64,000 nucleotides of DNA, from contig OX597839.1 in NCBI GenBank assembly GCA_951406725.2, positions 32,116,001-32,180,000 on the forward strand. The letters are read 5' to 3'. The position numbers and the translations under genes are program-made. Below the pieces are notes generated by a model that was not told the DNA's origin, did not search any database, and saw only the letters and a list, made by a program, of their open reading frames with translations. Positions 40,610-55,600 of this stretch are shown here, in pieces (position 1 is the first letter of the stretch; the number at the start of each line of letters is the position of its first letter). The DNA is from Octopus vulgaris (lineage: Eukaryota).

Positions 40610-43600
40610 GCATATATATATACTCTCTTTTACTTGTTTCAGTCATTTGACTGCGGCCATGCTGGAGCACCGCCTTTAGTCGAGCAAATCGACCCCGGGA
40701 CTTATTCTTTGTAAGCCCAGTACTTATTCTATCGGTCTCTTTTGCCGAACCGCTAAGTGACGGGGACGTAAACACACAAACATCGGTTGTCAAGCAATGC
40801 TAGGGGGACAAACACAGACACACAAACACATACATATATATATACATATATACGACAGGCTTCTTTCACTTGCCCAAGATGCCATGCAGTGGGACTGAAC
40901 CCGGAACCATGTGGTTGGTTAGCAAGCTACTTACCACATAGCCACTCCTGTGCCTATATAGATATGTATAATATCATGTGTGCTATGTATTTGAATGTTG
41001 AAATGTTAAATATTTGTGTTGATGAGAACATCTTGAACTGCCTTACTTCACCACACTTGTCTCATTCTTGCTAAATGCCATCTCTTTGTTAACTCATAAC
41101 CCTGTCTTTCTGTTTTCTAAATTTCTTTGATTTGTTGTAGAAGAACCAAGGTTTGAATCTCGCTTAAATGAGCTGCTGGCCAGACTCAGGTCTCTTAGTA
41201 ATTGTCTACTGTTAATGCAGGAACCGAAAGTGAAATAATGAATTTGGTAGAAATCTTTGACTTCCTGGCTGACGAATTATGAGTTTGGGTATAGGTTTGT
41301 CACAAATATACACACATGTATACATAAATACATACATACATACTTATATATATATATGTGTGCGTGTGTATGTATATGTATACTTTTTTGGGTCATTTTA
41401 ACACGAATTATGAAACTTTTGTTTCAACATGATCTGAATGGTTTTACTCTTTTAGAAACACACAACTTTTCTGGTACCAATTCATTTAGTATGTATTTGT
41501 TTTCATTTTTGTTTGTCTTTGATTGTAGTCTTAATCAGTGGTTCTCAGCCATGCTTTACCCATCGACCCCCTTTGATCCCTATTTTGCTCTGGTGGACCC
41601 TCATAGCCATTCAGTGTTTAAAAAGTCCCATCATAGTTTTACAATTAAGTATCATTAGGGATTGTATAAAGGAAATTGTTGAAATATCTTCTGTGGAAGT
41701 ATAACCAATTTATTGGTCATAAACCTTAATAGAAATGTCTTCTGTGGACCCCCAACGGTTGAGAACCACTGGCCTAGAATGTTACTAATGAATGAAATCT
41801 ATATTATTTAGTGTCACATAAACATTGGCCTTCAAACTGTATTAATACGAATGTAGTTGTAACATCAGTAATTAATAATTTACATGATAATTAAAACAGG
41901 TTAATTAGTCTAGTTGTCTTGTCCAGTTATTTATTGTTTGTCTTTTTGTGAAAAAGTTTTTCATTTTTTTTTTGTGTGTGTATGTGTTTTTTTTTTTTGT
42001 CTTGGTATTGAATTACATATTTTGGGTAAAAATGTTGCATTAAATTCTGTTTCCCCTATTTTTAACAGCTTGAAATGAGCAGTGGAAATGGATTTGGGTG
42101 CAGTTTAAAAGGGTTTCGTCGTCTGACAAACACAATGTGAGTAGTTTGTGTACACAACAAGCTTTGTTCCTCATTCTGCATACTCCTCGTCTTCACCTAC
42201 CATCATCCTCATCAACTTAATTCAAACGGGCTACTTTGTGCTTTTTAAGGGTCAAACTTTGCTATCCGATGGTCACTTGATTGGCCAAACTGTTGGATGT
42301 TGTTGTACATCACTGGTCACAGTGTGTTTTGTATTGTCTCCACTTTCGAATGACACCACTCCACTGGTCGCTAGGCAAGCAGGCCAACACTCACCCTGAT
42401 CAGAAAGCCAGTCCATCACAGGGTGACCTGTTTACAGCTGAGTGGACTGGTGCAACATGAAATGAAGTGTCTTGCTCAAGAGCATAATGTGCTCCAATCT
42501 GATCTGGCAAGGTTTCTACAGCTGGGTGCCCTTCCTGACGCCAACCACTCCAAGAATCGGTGCTTTTTATGTGCCACAGGCATGGGAGCCAGTTAGATGG
42601 CACTGGCGTCGACCACACTCGAATAGTGCTTTTTATGTGACACACGCATTAGTGCCATTCAGGTGGCGCTGGCATCAGCCATGCTTGAATGGTGCTTTGT
42701 ACATCCCACCGGTACAGGTGGCACTAGCATCGGCTACGCTTGAATGGTACTTTTTACATGCCACTGGCATGGATGCCATTCAGGTAGCACTGGCATCAGC
42801 CACGGCTACGATTTCACATGGTTCAAAATAAATATAGGTTTTGTGCCCCTTTTTTTTAAGAAGGAGATCGTTATTTCAAGAAGTCAACCCTTTAGCAGTT
42901 ACATTATTCGATCAAAAGTAATCCTTATTTATTCTCCGTATTTTGAATTAATCCTGCATTATCTCATAGCTTTGAGAAGCTATATCTGGTCAGTTTTATC
43001 ATAAAACAGGCAGAATATTTTGGCCGGATTTGGCCAGTTTAAATGCCAAAGAATTAAAGAACGCATATGACATGTATTGTTTCTGGATTTCAGGTATGGT
43101 ACCATTGGCACTGGTCTTTCAATGACATCTAGGGGTTTACGGCCTGGTTTCTCTTCAAGTAAGTCATCAATTTTAATGTCTATTTAATTTTCTATATTGT
43201 TGTTGTTGAACTACAGATCAGCCCCCTGATTCTGTGAACCTATAGTCAAATCATTCCAGCCATGACCCTATCATCTGCTGGGAGGAATGTAGGACTATAA
43301 TATTTGATATGTTCTTCTCTCAGATAGTAGTGTATTATTTGAGGGATATGTGGCTCTTACTTCTAGCATGTCAGCAACCATAGCAAAGCAATGTTACATG
43401 CTTTGTTTGTGAATTATGTGGAACTGTGTGTGTGTTTATGTATACATACTCATGTATGCAAACTTTCTGCATGATGGTATTTATGATACTAAATTAACTT
43501 TTGTTTTCACTTTAAACATATATATATCATCATCATCATCGTTTAGCGTCCGCTTTCCATGCTAGCATGGGTTGGACGGTTCAACTGGGGTCTGGGAAGC

Positions 43601-46600
43601 CAGAAGGCTGCACCAGGCCCAGTCTGATCTGGCAATGTTTCTACGGCTGGATGCCCTTCCTAATGCCAACCACTCCGTGAGTGTAGTGGGTGCTTTTTAC
43701 GTGCTACCGGCACGAGGCCTGTCGGGGCGGCACTGGCAACATTCAATAATAATAAAGGGTAAAATTAATAATTTTACTAAGTAGTTCAGTATGTTACAAT
43801 AACCTTTATTGGTAACCTTATACAAAAATTTTATAATTATAATTAGGGTTCAACAAATTGCTTCACCACATACCGAAATTTAGAAATAGCAGTTAAATAC
43901 TATTCCTCTACCATAAGATATCTCCCAGCCAGCAATACTTTTAATTCATGTTGGCAAAAAGAAAAAATAACGACTCTACCCAGCTTTGATCAACTACATA
44001 CGCGTTTCAGGATTAAAGAGATGTAAAATTTTTATTTGTACTCACTTATTTCCTTCTTCAGTGTAATATTTCAATTGTAAATTTGAGAGTACTTATAATT
44101 AAATATGTATTCAACCAGAAAATACAATTCACTCCTTGATAGTAAACTGCAGTTTCTGCGGGATTACTTGTAACACGCATGGGTGATTGGGGAAGAATGC
44201 GAGTTCTCACTCGTCTGTATAAATTCAGAAGTGCTGGTTTTTGGATATTGGTTATTCAATGTTGAATACTTATTTAATTATAAGTACTCTCAAATTTACA
44301 ATTGAAATATTACACTGAAGAAGGAAATAAGTGAGTAAAAATAAAAATTTTACATCTCTTTAATCCAGAAACGCGTATGTAGTTGATCAAAGCCGAGTGG
44401 ATTCGTTATTTTTTCTCTTTGCCTACGTGAATTAAGAGTATTGCTTAGAAACCATGCAAAACTGCCATTTGGAACCAGGGCAGCTCTCTGGCTTGCCAGC
44501 TCCTGTCAAACTGTCCAACCCATACCAGCATGGAAAACAGACATTAAATGATGATGAAGATGATGGCATACACGATTTGCTTCTTTCTATTTCCATCTAT
44601 CAAATCTACTCAAGGCTTTAGTCTGTTCAGAGCTATAGTATAAGACACTTGCCCATGGTACTGCACCTGTACCTATAGATATATATGTGTGTGTGTGTGT
44701 GTGTGTATAAATTTTTAGTGAAACTGTTTTGAAACAAATTGAACTCTTTTCTTCCACCCATCAATATTTATTGATTTCTGTGATGCATTGATATTTAGCC
44801 TAGCAACTGTATTTTTTTTCTGGTTGTTTTGTAGTGATTGTATCACAGTTTGGCAATGTCCAAGGACGACTGGTCTGGTCAGCTGGAATGACGACAGCAA
44901 TGAGTACCATCATAGTTTATGATTCATTAAAACGACATGCAGTATTTACGGTTCAGGTTTGTAACGAACGTCGTTCTTTCGTTTCAAGGGAGGTTGAATG
45001 TGTGTTGCTGTGAACACTCACATCGTTTGTTGTAGGTTTCTTATTTCTTTATTGCTCACAAGGGGCTAAACACAGAGGGGACAAACAAGGACAGACAAAG
45101 GGATTAAGTCGATTACATCGACCCCGAAATGATGAAAGGCAAAGTCGACCTCGGCGGAATTTGAACTCAGAATGTAACGGCAGACGAAATAACTATTTCT
45201 TTACTACCCACAAGGGGCTAAACACAGAGGGGACAAACAAGGACAGACAAACGGATTAAGTCGATTATATATCGACCCCAGTGCGTAACTGGTACTTATT
45301 TAATCGACCCTGAAAGGATGAAAGGTAAAGTCGACCTCGGTGGAATTTGAACTCGGAACGTAACAGCAGACGAAATACTGCTAAGCATTTCACCTGGCGT
45401 GCTAACGTTTCTGCCAGCTCGCCACCTTGTTTGTTGTAGGTTTCTTTACGAGCCAATTACTGGTATGTGGCATTTATGATGCTAGGAGTAACAAGGGTGT
45501 ATCAGGATAAGTCGGGCAGAGTAAATATTACAGGGTGTTTTTGTTAAATGCACCTGTTTATTAGTTTGTCTCACTGCTGTGTATAGCTTTTGCAGAATCA
45601 TGTGTGCACTTCTGAAAAAAAGACCCCCATTGTGTGTGCATGTTTTATATTCTAATGTAAAACTTTTTTTGATATCTGTTCCCCCAAAAAGGGGGTGAAC
45701 TGACAGAATCGTTAGCATGCTGAGCAAAATGCTTAGCGGCATTTCATCTGTCTTTACATTTTGAGTTCAAATTCCACTGAGTTCAACTTTTCCTTTCATC
45801 CTTTCAGGATTGATAAAAAGGGACCAGTTGAGCACTGGGGTTGATGTAATCAACTGACCCTCTTCTCTGAAATTGCTGGCCTTGTGCCAAAATTTGAAAC
45901 CAGTATTTACTCACTAAGATGTTAGCTTCTTTATATAGAGGCATAACTTATGGTATACTCAGCCATTTGATAGTGAGTACCACCAACAAAAGGTTGATGG
46001 TGGGGAAAGTATCCGGTCTCAAAATTCTGCCTCAAATAATTACAAACCCATTCCAGCATTGGGAAAAACATGTCAGATGAAAGAACTTGTTATAGACCAG
46101 GCATGACTCATTGACTCCTTTGTGGTGCGCAAATATATGAGGACCAGAATGTTTATAGGATTTAACCCTTTCGTTACTGTATTTCTGTGAGATGCTCTGT
46201 GTTTCTTTCTGTTATTCTAAATATAACAAAGAATTTAGTAAAATAACTTAGTTATCTTTCAGCTGCTAGTGCTAGGAACATAAATTGTGACTAAGGTTTG
46301 GTGGAAGATTTTAATTCAGAACTTATGAAAACAAGACATTTGTACCTCAGAGCCAGAGCCGGTTTCAGCTGGGTTGGTAATGAAAGGATTAATTAAGTTT
46401 CATGAGGAATAAAAAATGTCATCTCTCCTGTTTATACGAGTTGAATTGATGTCCTCATCTTGGTTGTTAGTTTCACTGTGCTTCAGGTGTCCTATACTCC
46501 AGCCTTCCACAGGGGTCTCAGGTTCAATTTGGCTGTTGTTGAAGGCTGCAGCATTCAGCAGCTGAAACATGTGTAAGCAACAATCAAGATTAGGACACCA

Positions 46601-49600
46601 GTCTCTGATTAATGTAAAATTTTAAAGAAGGTCATGTTTCAGGCCCTTGACCATTTGATAAATGGCCGAAATCAAAGTGGACAACACCACTTTCTATCTT
46701 TTGTTCTCTCTGAAGACAATTGATACAATAAAAGAGTGGGTCTTTCGTTGTTTCTGATGGAAACTAAGACATCCTGAAATGTTCCCTGTTTCTATTGTTT
46801 GGCTTTTTTTTTTCCTTTCTAGATTGGAATTCCAAATAGTTTTGTTTCATTAAGTTACACACACAAATTTCAAGACGATGATGCTCGTGTGCGAGGTGCA
46901 GTAAGGTCAGTATTATCTCTTTCACAAATAATTAAATGGCTTTTATTCATTCATTTAAGATCTCTTTTTTGGTCTATGGTAACATGGACTATAGAACACG
47001 TCTGGAGATTTTGCCATAAAGGAGGCACACAAACAGATTGTAGTAAACTAGATAATTCGTTTTGAAGAAATTACTTTTCTCTAATTCATAGGTTAATTAA
47101 CGAGGTTGCAATTTTAAGAAAACAGCTAATCTTTTCAATCTATTTATGGCAAGATTTCTTGAAACCAGATTAGAAGGGTTGGAAGTTATTTGGGGTCGGA
47201 TCTTCTGACCAGATGTTCTCCCCTGTCACCAGCCATTGCCGCTTTTCATATTCCAGTTATAATGTTGGCAAAAAGTCTCAAAATTAGCTCTCACTCTCTC
47301 TCACATGGTGACAAAGCAAAACATCAACATACTGGCACTTTTGCTCACACACATATTCATATGAACATATGTAAATATGGGCTTCATACAGTCTCCATTT
47401 ACCAAGTTCAATGACAAGGTATTGTTTGGCTGCAATGATAATAGACACTGGCCCCTAGTGCTGCATAGTAAGGCTGGACTTGAAACCACATTGTTGCAAT
47501 GTAAACTTTTGAACCACACAGCTATGGTTGTGTCCATCCCTATTGGCTATATTTCTCAGCCATACTCCACATGACCCTTGGTGAGTGGGGGTCATATAGG
47601 ATTTTGTTGTTAAAATTTATGTGCAAGAAATTGGTTTATTCTTCAAGACGGACGTTAAACGACGATGATGATGATGATGATGAATACACAAAATATTTTG
47701 ACAATTTTTTATACAGTTTCTAATATCTAATTATTAAAATTATAGGCTTTTCTAAACTTCCAGTGACTATGAGGGTCCAGTGGAGTAAAATAGGAATCAA
47801 AGGTCCCTAAGTAAGAAATGGTTGAGAGCCACAGGTCTAGAATGTCAGTAAACAGTATAAAAGTGTGTGAGAGAGAGAGATTCTTTTTCTGATATGTGAG
47901 CTATATTCCTTTTATGAATTGCATTTTCATTTTGTACAATAAAACAAATTCTAGAAAATAAAGGAAGCCTCAACCTGTGAGAAATAGCAGCAGTAGCTGA
48001 GTTATATAATCAAAGAGTATTTCCAGTCATGACCATCTCATCGCTTTGTGTATGAGGAACTTCACATCTATAGCATCCTTCTTTCCTTTAAGATAGTAGG
48101 GTATGAGTTGAGAGAGATTTGGCTGTTATTTTTAGCATTTGAAGTAACAGTATAGAGCAGTGCTTTTCAAACTTTTTGCTGGAGCGGAACCCCAAGGAAA
48201 CATTCCGCTGGCTCGAGGAACCCCTGAGCAATAATTTAATAGTCTTATGCACAAATATCTGCACAGGAGAATTAAAAATTACTGCCAATTTTAGCAGTTT
48301 TGTAACTTCTTGCGGATCCCCTGGACTGTACTGGGGGAACCCTAAGGTTCCGTGGAACACTGATTGAAAACCACTGGTATAGAGCATTGGCTCTCGACCG
48401 TTTTAATATCTGGGTCAGACCTAAAACCTGAATTTTGGTGGGAAGACTGTTAAGGGCTGCCATAAGGATGCTTGAGGACTGCATGTGGCCCCTGGGAGCT
48501 GCCTTTGAAAACTGCTACTATACAGACTCACAGACTTGTGTTTGTCAATATGATGTCTGATGTATGAAGTGTGTTTGTGGCATTTGTAAAACCTTGCCTT
48601 TAACATGGTTGGGGTTTATCTTCTTTTTTCTTTTTTTTCTTGAACAGAGTTGGTGTATTTAGTACAATCTTAGAATGTGGTGTCGAGAAAAAGATCACCG
48701 AATACAGTACATTAGGAGCGACAATGTTGGTGGGTGTCCCAACAGGAGTAACTCTTCGAATAAAGTAGGTGGCACCCATGTTACTCTTCTCTCATTGTTA
48801 TTCTTTCTCTCTTTCTCACAGTCTCTTGTCCCCTCTGTCACACTCTCATAGACATACACCCTCTTTTTTTCCTTTTTGTCTCTTTTTCTTTCACTCCCCC
48901 ACTCTTCACTCTCTCACCCCCTCATCCTCCTTCTGATGTCCTGATTTGTAATCAAATCTATTTTATTTTTACCAAAACATGTTACATTGCAAAACAGATT
49001 TAATATTTTTTTCTCTTTCCTTGTCTTTTTCTACCAGATTAAGTCGTGGCCGCCAGACGTTCCTCTTCCCCATCCACCTCTCCGACCATTTAATGCCCAG
49101 CGCCATCTTTTATGGAACTGCTGTCCCCTTTATGTTATACCATGCTGTGAAAATTCTCATCATCAAACCATATCTACAGGAGCAGAAGAAAAGGTCAGAT
49201 GATTTCTTTGAAAGGAAACGCTTTATTCCATACGAGTAGTAATAGTAGCAGTCACCTCTGTTGTCTCTCCGGCACCTGTGTCAGTGCCACGTAAAAAGCA
49301 TTTATACTGGCACTATGTAAAGAAACCCATCTGTGCTGGCACCACATAAATGGCACCTGTTCTGGTGCCATGTAAGAACCACACATTCTAGTGTCTCAGA
49401 AGACCCACCCATGCTGGTGCTATATGGAAAGCACCTGTGCTGGCACCATGCAGAAAGCATTGGTGCTTGTGGTGGCACCAGGTAAAAGACACCTGTGCTG
49501 GTGCAACACAGAAAGACAACCATGCTGGTACCGCTTGTTAGCTCCTCATTTTCATGAAAAAAGGGCTATTTATATACACACATCATCATCATTTGACATC

Positions 49601-52600
49601 CACTTAGGAAGGGCATTGAGCCACAGAACCCATGATATATACACACAGACAGACACACACAAACACAGAGCATTTGACGAGCTGGATGTCTCCTATACAC
49701 TCATGTGGGGCTGAGTCAAACTGATATTAAAAGGCAGCAAGCTGGCAGAAACGTTAGCACGCCGGGCGAAATGCTTAGCAGTATTGTGTCTGTCGTTGCG
49801 TTCTGAGTTCAAATTCCGTCGAGGTCGACTTTGCCTTTCATCCTTTCGGGGTCGTTAAATTAAGTACCAGTTATGCACTAGTGTCGATGTAATCGACTTA
49901 ATCCGTTTGTCTGTCCTTGTTTAGCCCCTAGTGGGCAATAAAGAAACAGATATTAAGAATATATGTGGTTCCTACCAAATGCGTTGAGGGCTGCTTTTAA
50001 TGTTTCTTTCGCTTTCTGCATTTCAGAGATATTGAGAAGAAACAAGAAGAGAACAGTGACATTATCCACAAGAAGAAGATGGAAGCTGAAGCTGCGGTGA
50101 GTTTAATGATGTTTGCTTTGTTGTTGTTGGTGCTGTTGTCTGATTTGGACGATTTTTGTCTCAAGAAATTGGGGGCAAAATGTTGATTAACGATTTACTG
50201 ATACAACCTATTAGATATGTTGGGTCTGAGATTGTGCAGAGTGACAGTCCTGGGCAGTGCTTCTCAACCAAGATCCGCATGAGACAAGGGGTTCCATATA
50301 AGATTCTGTTGTTGAAATTTTTGCACAGAAATTCAATTATAATTTTACAATTACACAGAATACCTCAACAATTTTTATTCTATAATTCCTACCTCGTATC
50401 TTAGTGGTTTGCCAAGAGAGACCAATTCAATAGGTACAGGGGGCGATTCATTCAACTATAATTCTTCGGGCAGTGTCCCAGCATGGCCACAGTCTGATGA
50501 CTGAAACAAAAGAATTATAATTTCGTGAGGTGTGGGACACAACCCTGTTCAATGTTAAAAAATTTTCTATTAAAACTTCAGAAAATTTTAATTTTTTCAA
50601 TGTCAAAAATATGATAGGATATTTTTAGACACCAAACAGCTGTGGAGGTCCAGTAGATTAAAATCAAAATCAAAAGGGATCCCATAGGCTGAAAAATGGT
50701 TGACACACTGGTCTTGAGGATGATGCTGTTGTAACTCTCTACCATTCTGATGGTAAGATCCTCATCATGGTCCTTATTGTTTTAACATCTATTTTTCTAT
50801 GCTTGCATTGGTCAGATGAAACTTTTGTTAAAGCAGATATTTCTTCAGCTGGATGCCCTTACTGTTGCCAACCCTCACATGGTTCCAAGCAATATAATAT
50901 TATTTCTCTTCATCTGTCAAACAACAAACAGCTCAGACATACTTTCACAGAGGATTGTAAACAAACAACACTGTTTTTATGAACAGTGGCTTTAGTTTAC
51001 AATCAGCACAAGGGAAGACAGACACTGGTATCTGTGCCATCTATACATTAAATCTCTCAAATGGCGCAAAGCCACACACCCTCAATACTACCCTCCCCCT
51101 TCCAGGTTAAGTGGGGTTTTGTCTTGCAAGGTATTTGGTGACCCTGTCAGTGCTGGTGCCACATAAAAGGCACCCAGTACATTCAATAAACTGGCTGACG
51201 TTAGGAAGGACATCCAACAGTAGAGACCATGCCAAAAACAGACAATCCAACCCAATATTTATCTGCTGTTATTCATAGCTTTATGTGATGTGTTTCAAGA
51301 GCCATTATTCCCCAAAAGAATTACGTATGTGTATGTGTGTATATATATATATATATATTAGTGGTGAAATTCAACTGCTGTTGTTGTGTTTTCAGATCCA
51401 TTTGATGCAAGAAACAGTTCAAAGAGTAATAAAGGAAGAGGATGAGAAATCTGGTCTGCTGATTGTGAAAGCTCTTTATGGGCAACTGTCGGAAAAGTCG
51501 CAAGAGTAAGATATCCATTTTGATTTTTGTCTCAGTACAGGTTCTCATCATCATCATCCTCTTCATCTTCAGAATCTGCTGATGAGATACAAAAGAAAAT
51601 GTCTGTTAGAAGCTAATCGTGTCACATCTTGTGTTTTTACGCCCCCCCTTATAAACCTTCATTTTCTTTTTATTCATATGTTTCTGTGTTTTATTCATTA
51701 ATTTTACATGTGCTGATAAGTGTCCAAACTATGCTGGCATGAGTTAGATGAATACTTATTATTAAAGCATTATTTTACAACTGGATGCTCTGCCTGTCAC
51801 ACACACGTTTTTCAAGTGAGGGTTTTTTTTTTTATTCCCCTTGATTTTGAAAACAAAACCAACATGATGATTTGTAAACGGGGAAATAAGCTGACATTCA
51901 GTCACTTATGATGACAAAATGTGTTCCGGTTGATCTCATCAATGGAACAGCCTGTGTACCCTTACCTGATCAATGGAACAGCCTGTGTACCCTTACCTGA
52001 TCAATGGAACAGCCTGTGTACCCTTACCTGATCAATGGAACAGACGTGTACCCTTAATGAAGTTCTCAGGGAGATTTAGCATGATACAGAGTGTGACAAG
52101 TCTGGCCCCTTTGAATTAAAGGTACAACTCATTTTTGCCCCCTGAGTGGACTGGAGCAATATGAAATAAAGTGTCTTGCTCAAGGACACAACACTTTGTC
52201 CGGAATCAAACTCAGAATTCTGAGCTGGACACACTGACCGCTAAGCCCTGTGCCTCCACAACGGAAGTGGGCAGACGGTCATGAATGAGTGAGTGAGTGC
52301 GTTTAACCTATTAGATTGTCTAGGCCATGTGTGTTTGTATACATGTTTAATATCTTACATTGTAATAATTGATCTATGATACCCTGCAGCTGTGAATAAC
52401 ACCCACCTTTAGATCCTCTAATACCTTCTGTAACAGTGTTACACAACAGCGACTACAAACAGTGGACAATCTCCTATAGTCCAATGTGTTAAGCTTTAAT
52501 ATTTCATTTTATATGAAATATATCTTGCTAGAGAGCTGCAGAAACCATACCAAAGGGGACAATGGAATTTGATGCAGCCCTGCAGCTCAGTGGTTCCCAG

Positions 52601-55600
52601 TCAAACTGTCCTAACCATGCTCACATGGAAAGTCACCGTCAAATGATGATAAAAGTGGGCTGGAAGGAACTTTACTGTTTGATATCAGATATTACATGCA
52701 CCCTTTGATAACTTATATCTACCCCCGGGTACCATGTATTATTTGTACTCCCAGTTACTTGTATCGACCAGACTGTTGGATATTGTTACATGTTGCTTGT
52801 GTCCTCCTATTCCATCTTGGACCAAATTGCTTCACTAATTTATTTTCTCATCATCATGAAGGCCTTCCAAGTGACCCCTTCCAGTCTTTTGGATATCACT
52901 CGGTAACTGCACTGACCAACCTGTTGTCTGTGAACCTTTTGACATGTTGGGTCCAGCTTTTGGTATTCTGTGATCACACCATTCACTCAGCTCCATTCTC
53001 GAATTATTTCATTTCGGATAAACACTAGCAAGGATACTCCTAACATGGACCTTTCCATGGCCTTTGGGTCACAGTGACTCATATTCTTCCCTCTTTATGG
53101 TAGCCTACATCTCACTTTTGTATAAGATCACAGATTGGACAGTGTTGTTGAAGAATCTGTACAGTTTTTTTCCAGCTTTGCTTCAAGCATATCCTTTATT
53201 GAGGTAAACACCTTCCATCCTACCCTTCTTCCCCTTGAAATGTCAGCATATATTCTCTGTGTGCCCCAAGTACATGTACACTTTTAGCTCCTTGGTTTCA
53301 TTGCTTCCTGTTCCCTAATTTCATGTATTATATGTACCCTAATTTAACTCTTGATTTTTTTTTTTTTTTTGACATTTTAACTTTGGCAAGAATTCATTGG
53401 TGAGTTCTCAGTTTGCTCATAACCTGATTCCTTTTGTCTTGCAGTGGGTTTGTTGATGGTAAATACATCGACGTCGCTGTGCCACTTCAGTGCCTTATCA
53501 AGAATTCTTCGTTATTAATTCCTGAAAAGAATAGCAAGGTAAGAATCCGGATTCTAACATTTGGGGGGAAACTGGGACAAAGGGAGTTACACACACACAC
53601 ACACATTAAATTAATTACACTCACACTTATAACCCACAGTTTAAGTTAATTACAAAACACTTAAAAATTAATGCATTGGGAATGGCATTCAGTTGTAGAG
53701 GCCAAGTCAAAGCAGATGACAGAGCTTGGCTGGCTGAGTCCTCTGGACTGACGGCTCTTGTCAAATTGTCCAACCCATGCCAGCAATAGAAAACAGACAT
53801 TAAATCCGGACATTGATGAAAGTCACACATCTCTCTTTGTTTCAAGGCGGCTTAACTCTTTTACTCGTTTCAGTGTTTCGTCTGCGACCATGCTGGGGCA
53901 CTGTCTTTCAAAGGATTTGTGATTCGATTATATTGATGCCTGTACTTGTCTGATCCTTATTTTATTTTGCTTTATTTAGCAGATGGCTAAGTCCTCCTTG
54001 ATATAAAGGGACGTAACTGCATGCCAGAAACCTCTCGTATTTTTGTCAGTACCCTGATGCATGTGTACACACACACACACACACAGACGCACACACTATT
54101 TAGAAATACAAACAAGATTAAGCGTACTCAGTGCATGGGATTGAGTTCATTTATTCTACACAAATTACTGAAAATGCTTCATCTGTCAACATTCAGGGGA
54201 CCAATAGATAATGGGAGGAAAAGGAAATGTAGCTTAATGTGTGTGTGTGTGCATATATGCTAATATTAAACTGTGAGAATGTGTGTTCATGATGGAGACA
54301 AGTATATATATATATATATATTAAGATTTGATCTTTCTATTTCAGACTGGAATCTTAGGGTTCTATGATCCCTGTTTAGGAGAAGAAAAGAGTTTATATA
54401 TCCGATATAAGTTCCGAAATAAACTCCACCACGTAACTTTAGGCGATTGTGAACCTCTGAAAATACCTCTAAAAAGTAAGTCCCAGCTTCGCAAATGAAA
54501 TCTATTCTCTGTGTCGTTATACGTTTAAAGATTACACTTACAACTACCAACGATTATGTTGTTTCATTTTACTAATTTAATTATCCAGCTTATCAATTGG
54601 TTTAAGCTATCTTTTGATCAATTAATTAACCCTTTGCCTGTCCAAAGTATTTTCATAAATTTCTCCTGAATAGTAATATGTATTTGTTTTCGGAGTTATT
54701 GTTTCATAATTTCTGTCTAATGTAAAGCTTTCCTTTAATAAGGCCAAAGTTGCTGGGTTAATTGAAAAAAACAATTGGAATTGCATATCATATATAATGC
54801 ATGGATACCTGAGAAATGTATCCCGTGTGTCACGTGATATACAGGACAGGCAAAAGGATAAGCTTCTCTCAGTTTCTGTTACCAAATCCACTCACAAGGC
54901 TTCGGTTGGCCCAAGGCTATAGAAGAAGACACTTACCCACAGTGTCATACATGTTGTTTAGAAGCATGCTTCTTACCCCACAGCCACGCCTCTGCCTATT
55001 AAGAAAATCCTACATTCCCATTTCATGAATGAAACCCAGGCTGCCTGGTGATCACCAGGAATCCCAACTACCAGATCACTGGTTCCCACCTGGGGTCCAG
55101 ATAAGATTTTGGTCTTAAAGTTGATGTGCAAGAAATTGGTTACAATTCTACAATACAGTAATCCCTCAACTATCGCAGGTGTTACTTTTCAAAACCTCCT
55201 GCAATAGGTGAAAATCTGTCAAGTAGAAACAGTACTGTATATTTTTTATTTTATTTTTATAATTTGTATATATTTATTTTATTATAAATGCAAAACAACT
55301 CTATGGAGGCTTAACCCTTTCGTTACCGTTTTTCTGTTGAGATGTTCTGTGTTTCTTTCAATTCATTTTGAATATAACAAAGAATTTAGTAAAATATCTC
55401 AGTTATTATTAAACTAATGTTAGGAACATAAATTGTGACTAAAGTTTGGTGGAAGATTTTAATTCAAAGCAAGACAAGGCGGCAAGCTGGCAGAAACGTT
55501 AGCACGCCAGGCGAAATGCTTAGCGGTATTTAGTCTGCTGCTACGTTCTGAGTTCAAATTCCACTGAGGTCGACTTTACCTTTCATCCTGTCGGGGGTCA

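Larger units (their letters stand above)
43931..44445. repeat. Long inverted repeat (185-bp arms, 145-bp spacer); probable Penelope-like element relic
   Basis: 43931-44115 is the near-exact reverse complement of 44261-44445. Confidence 0.9.
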
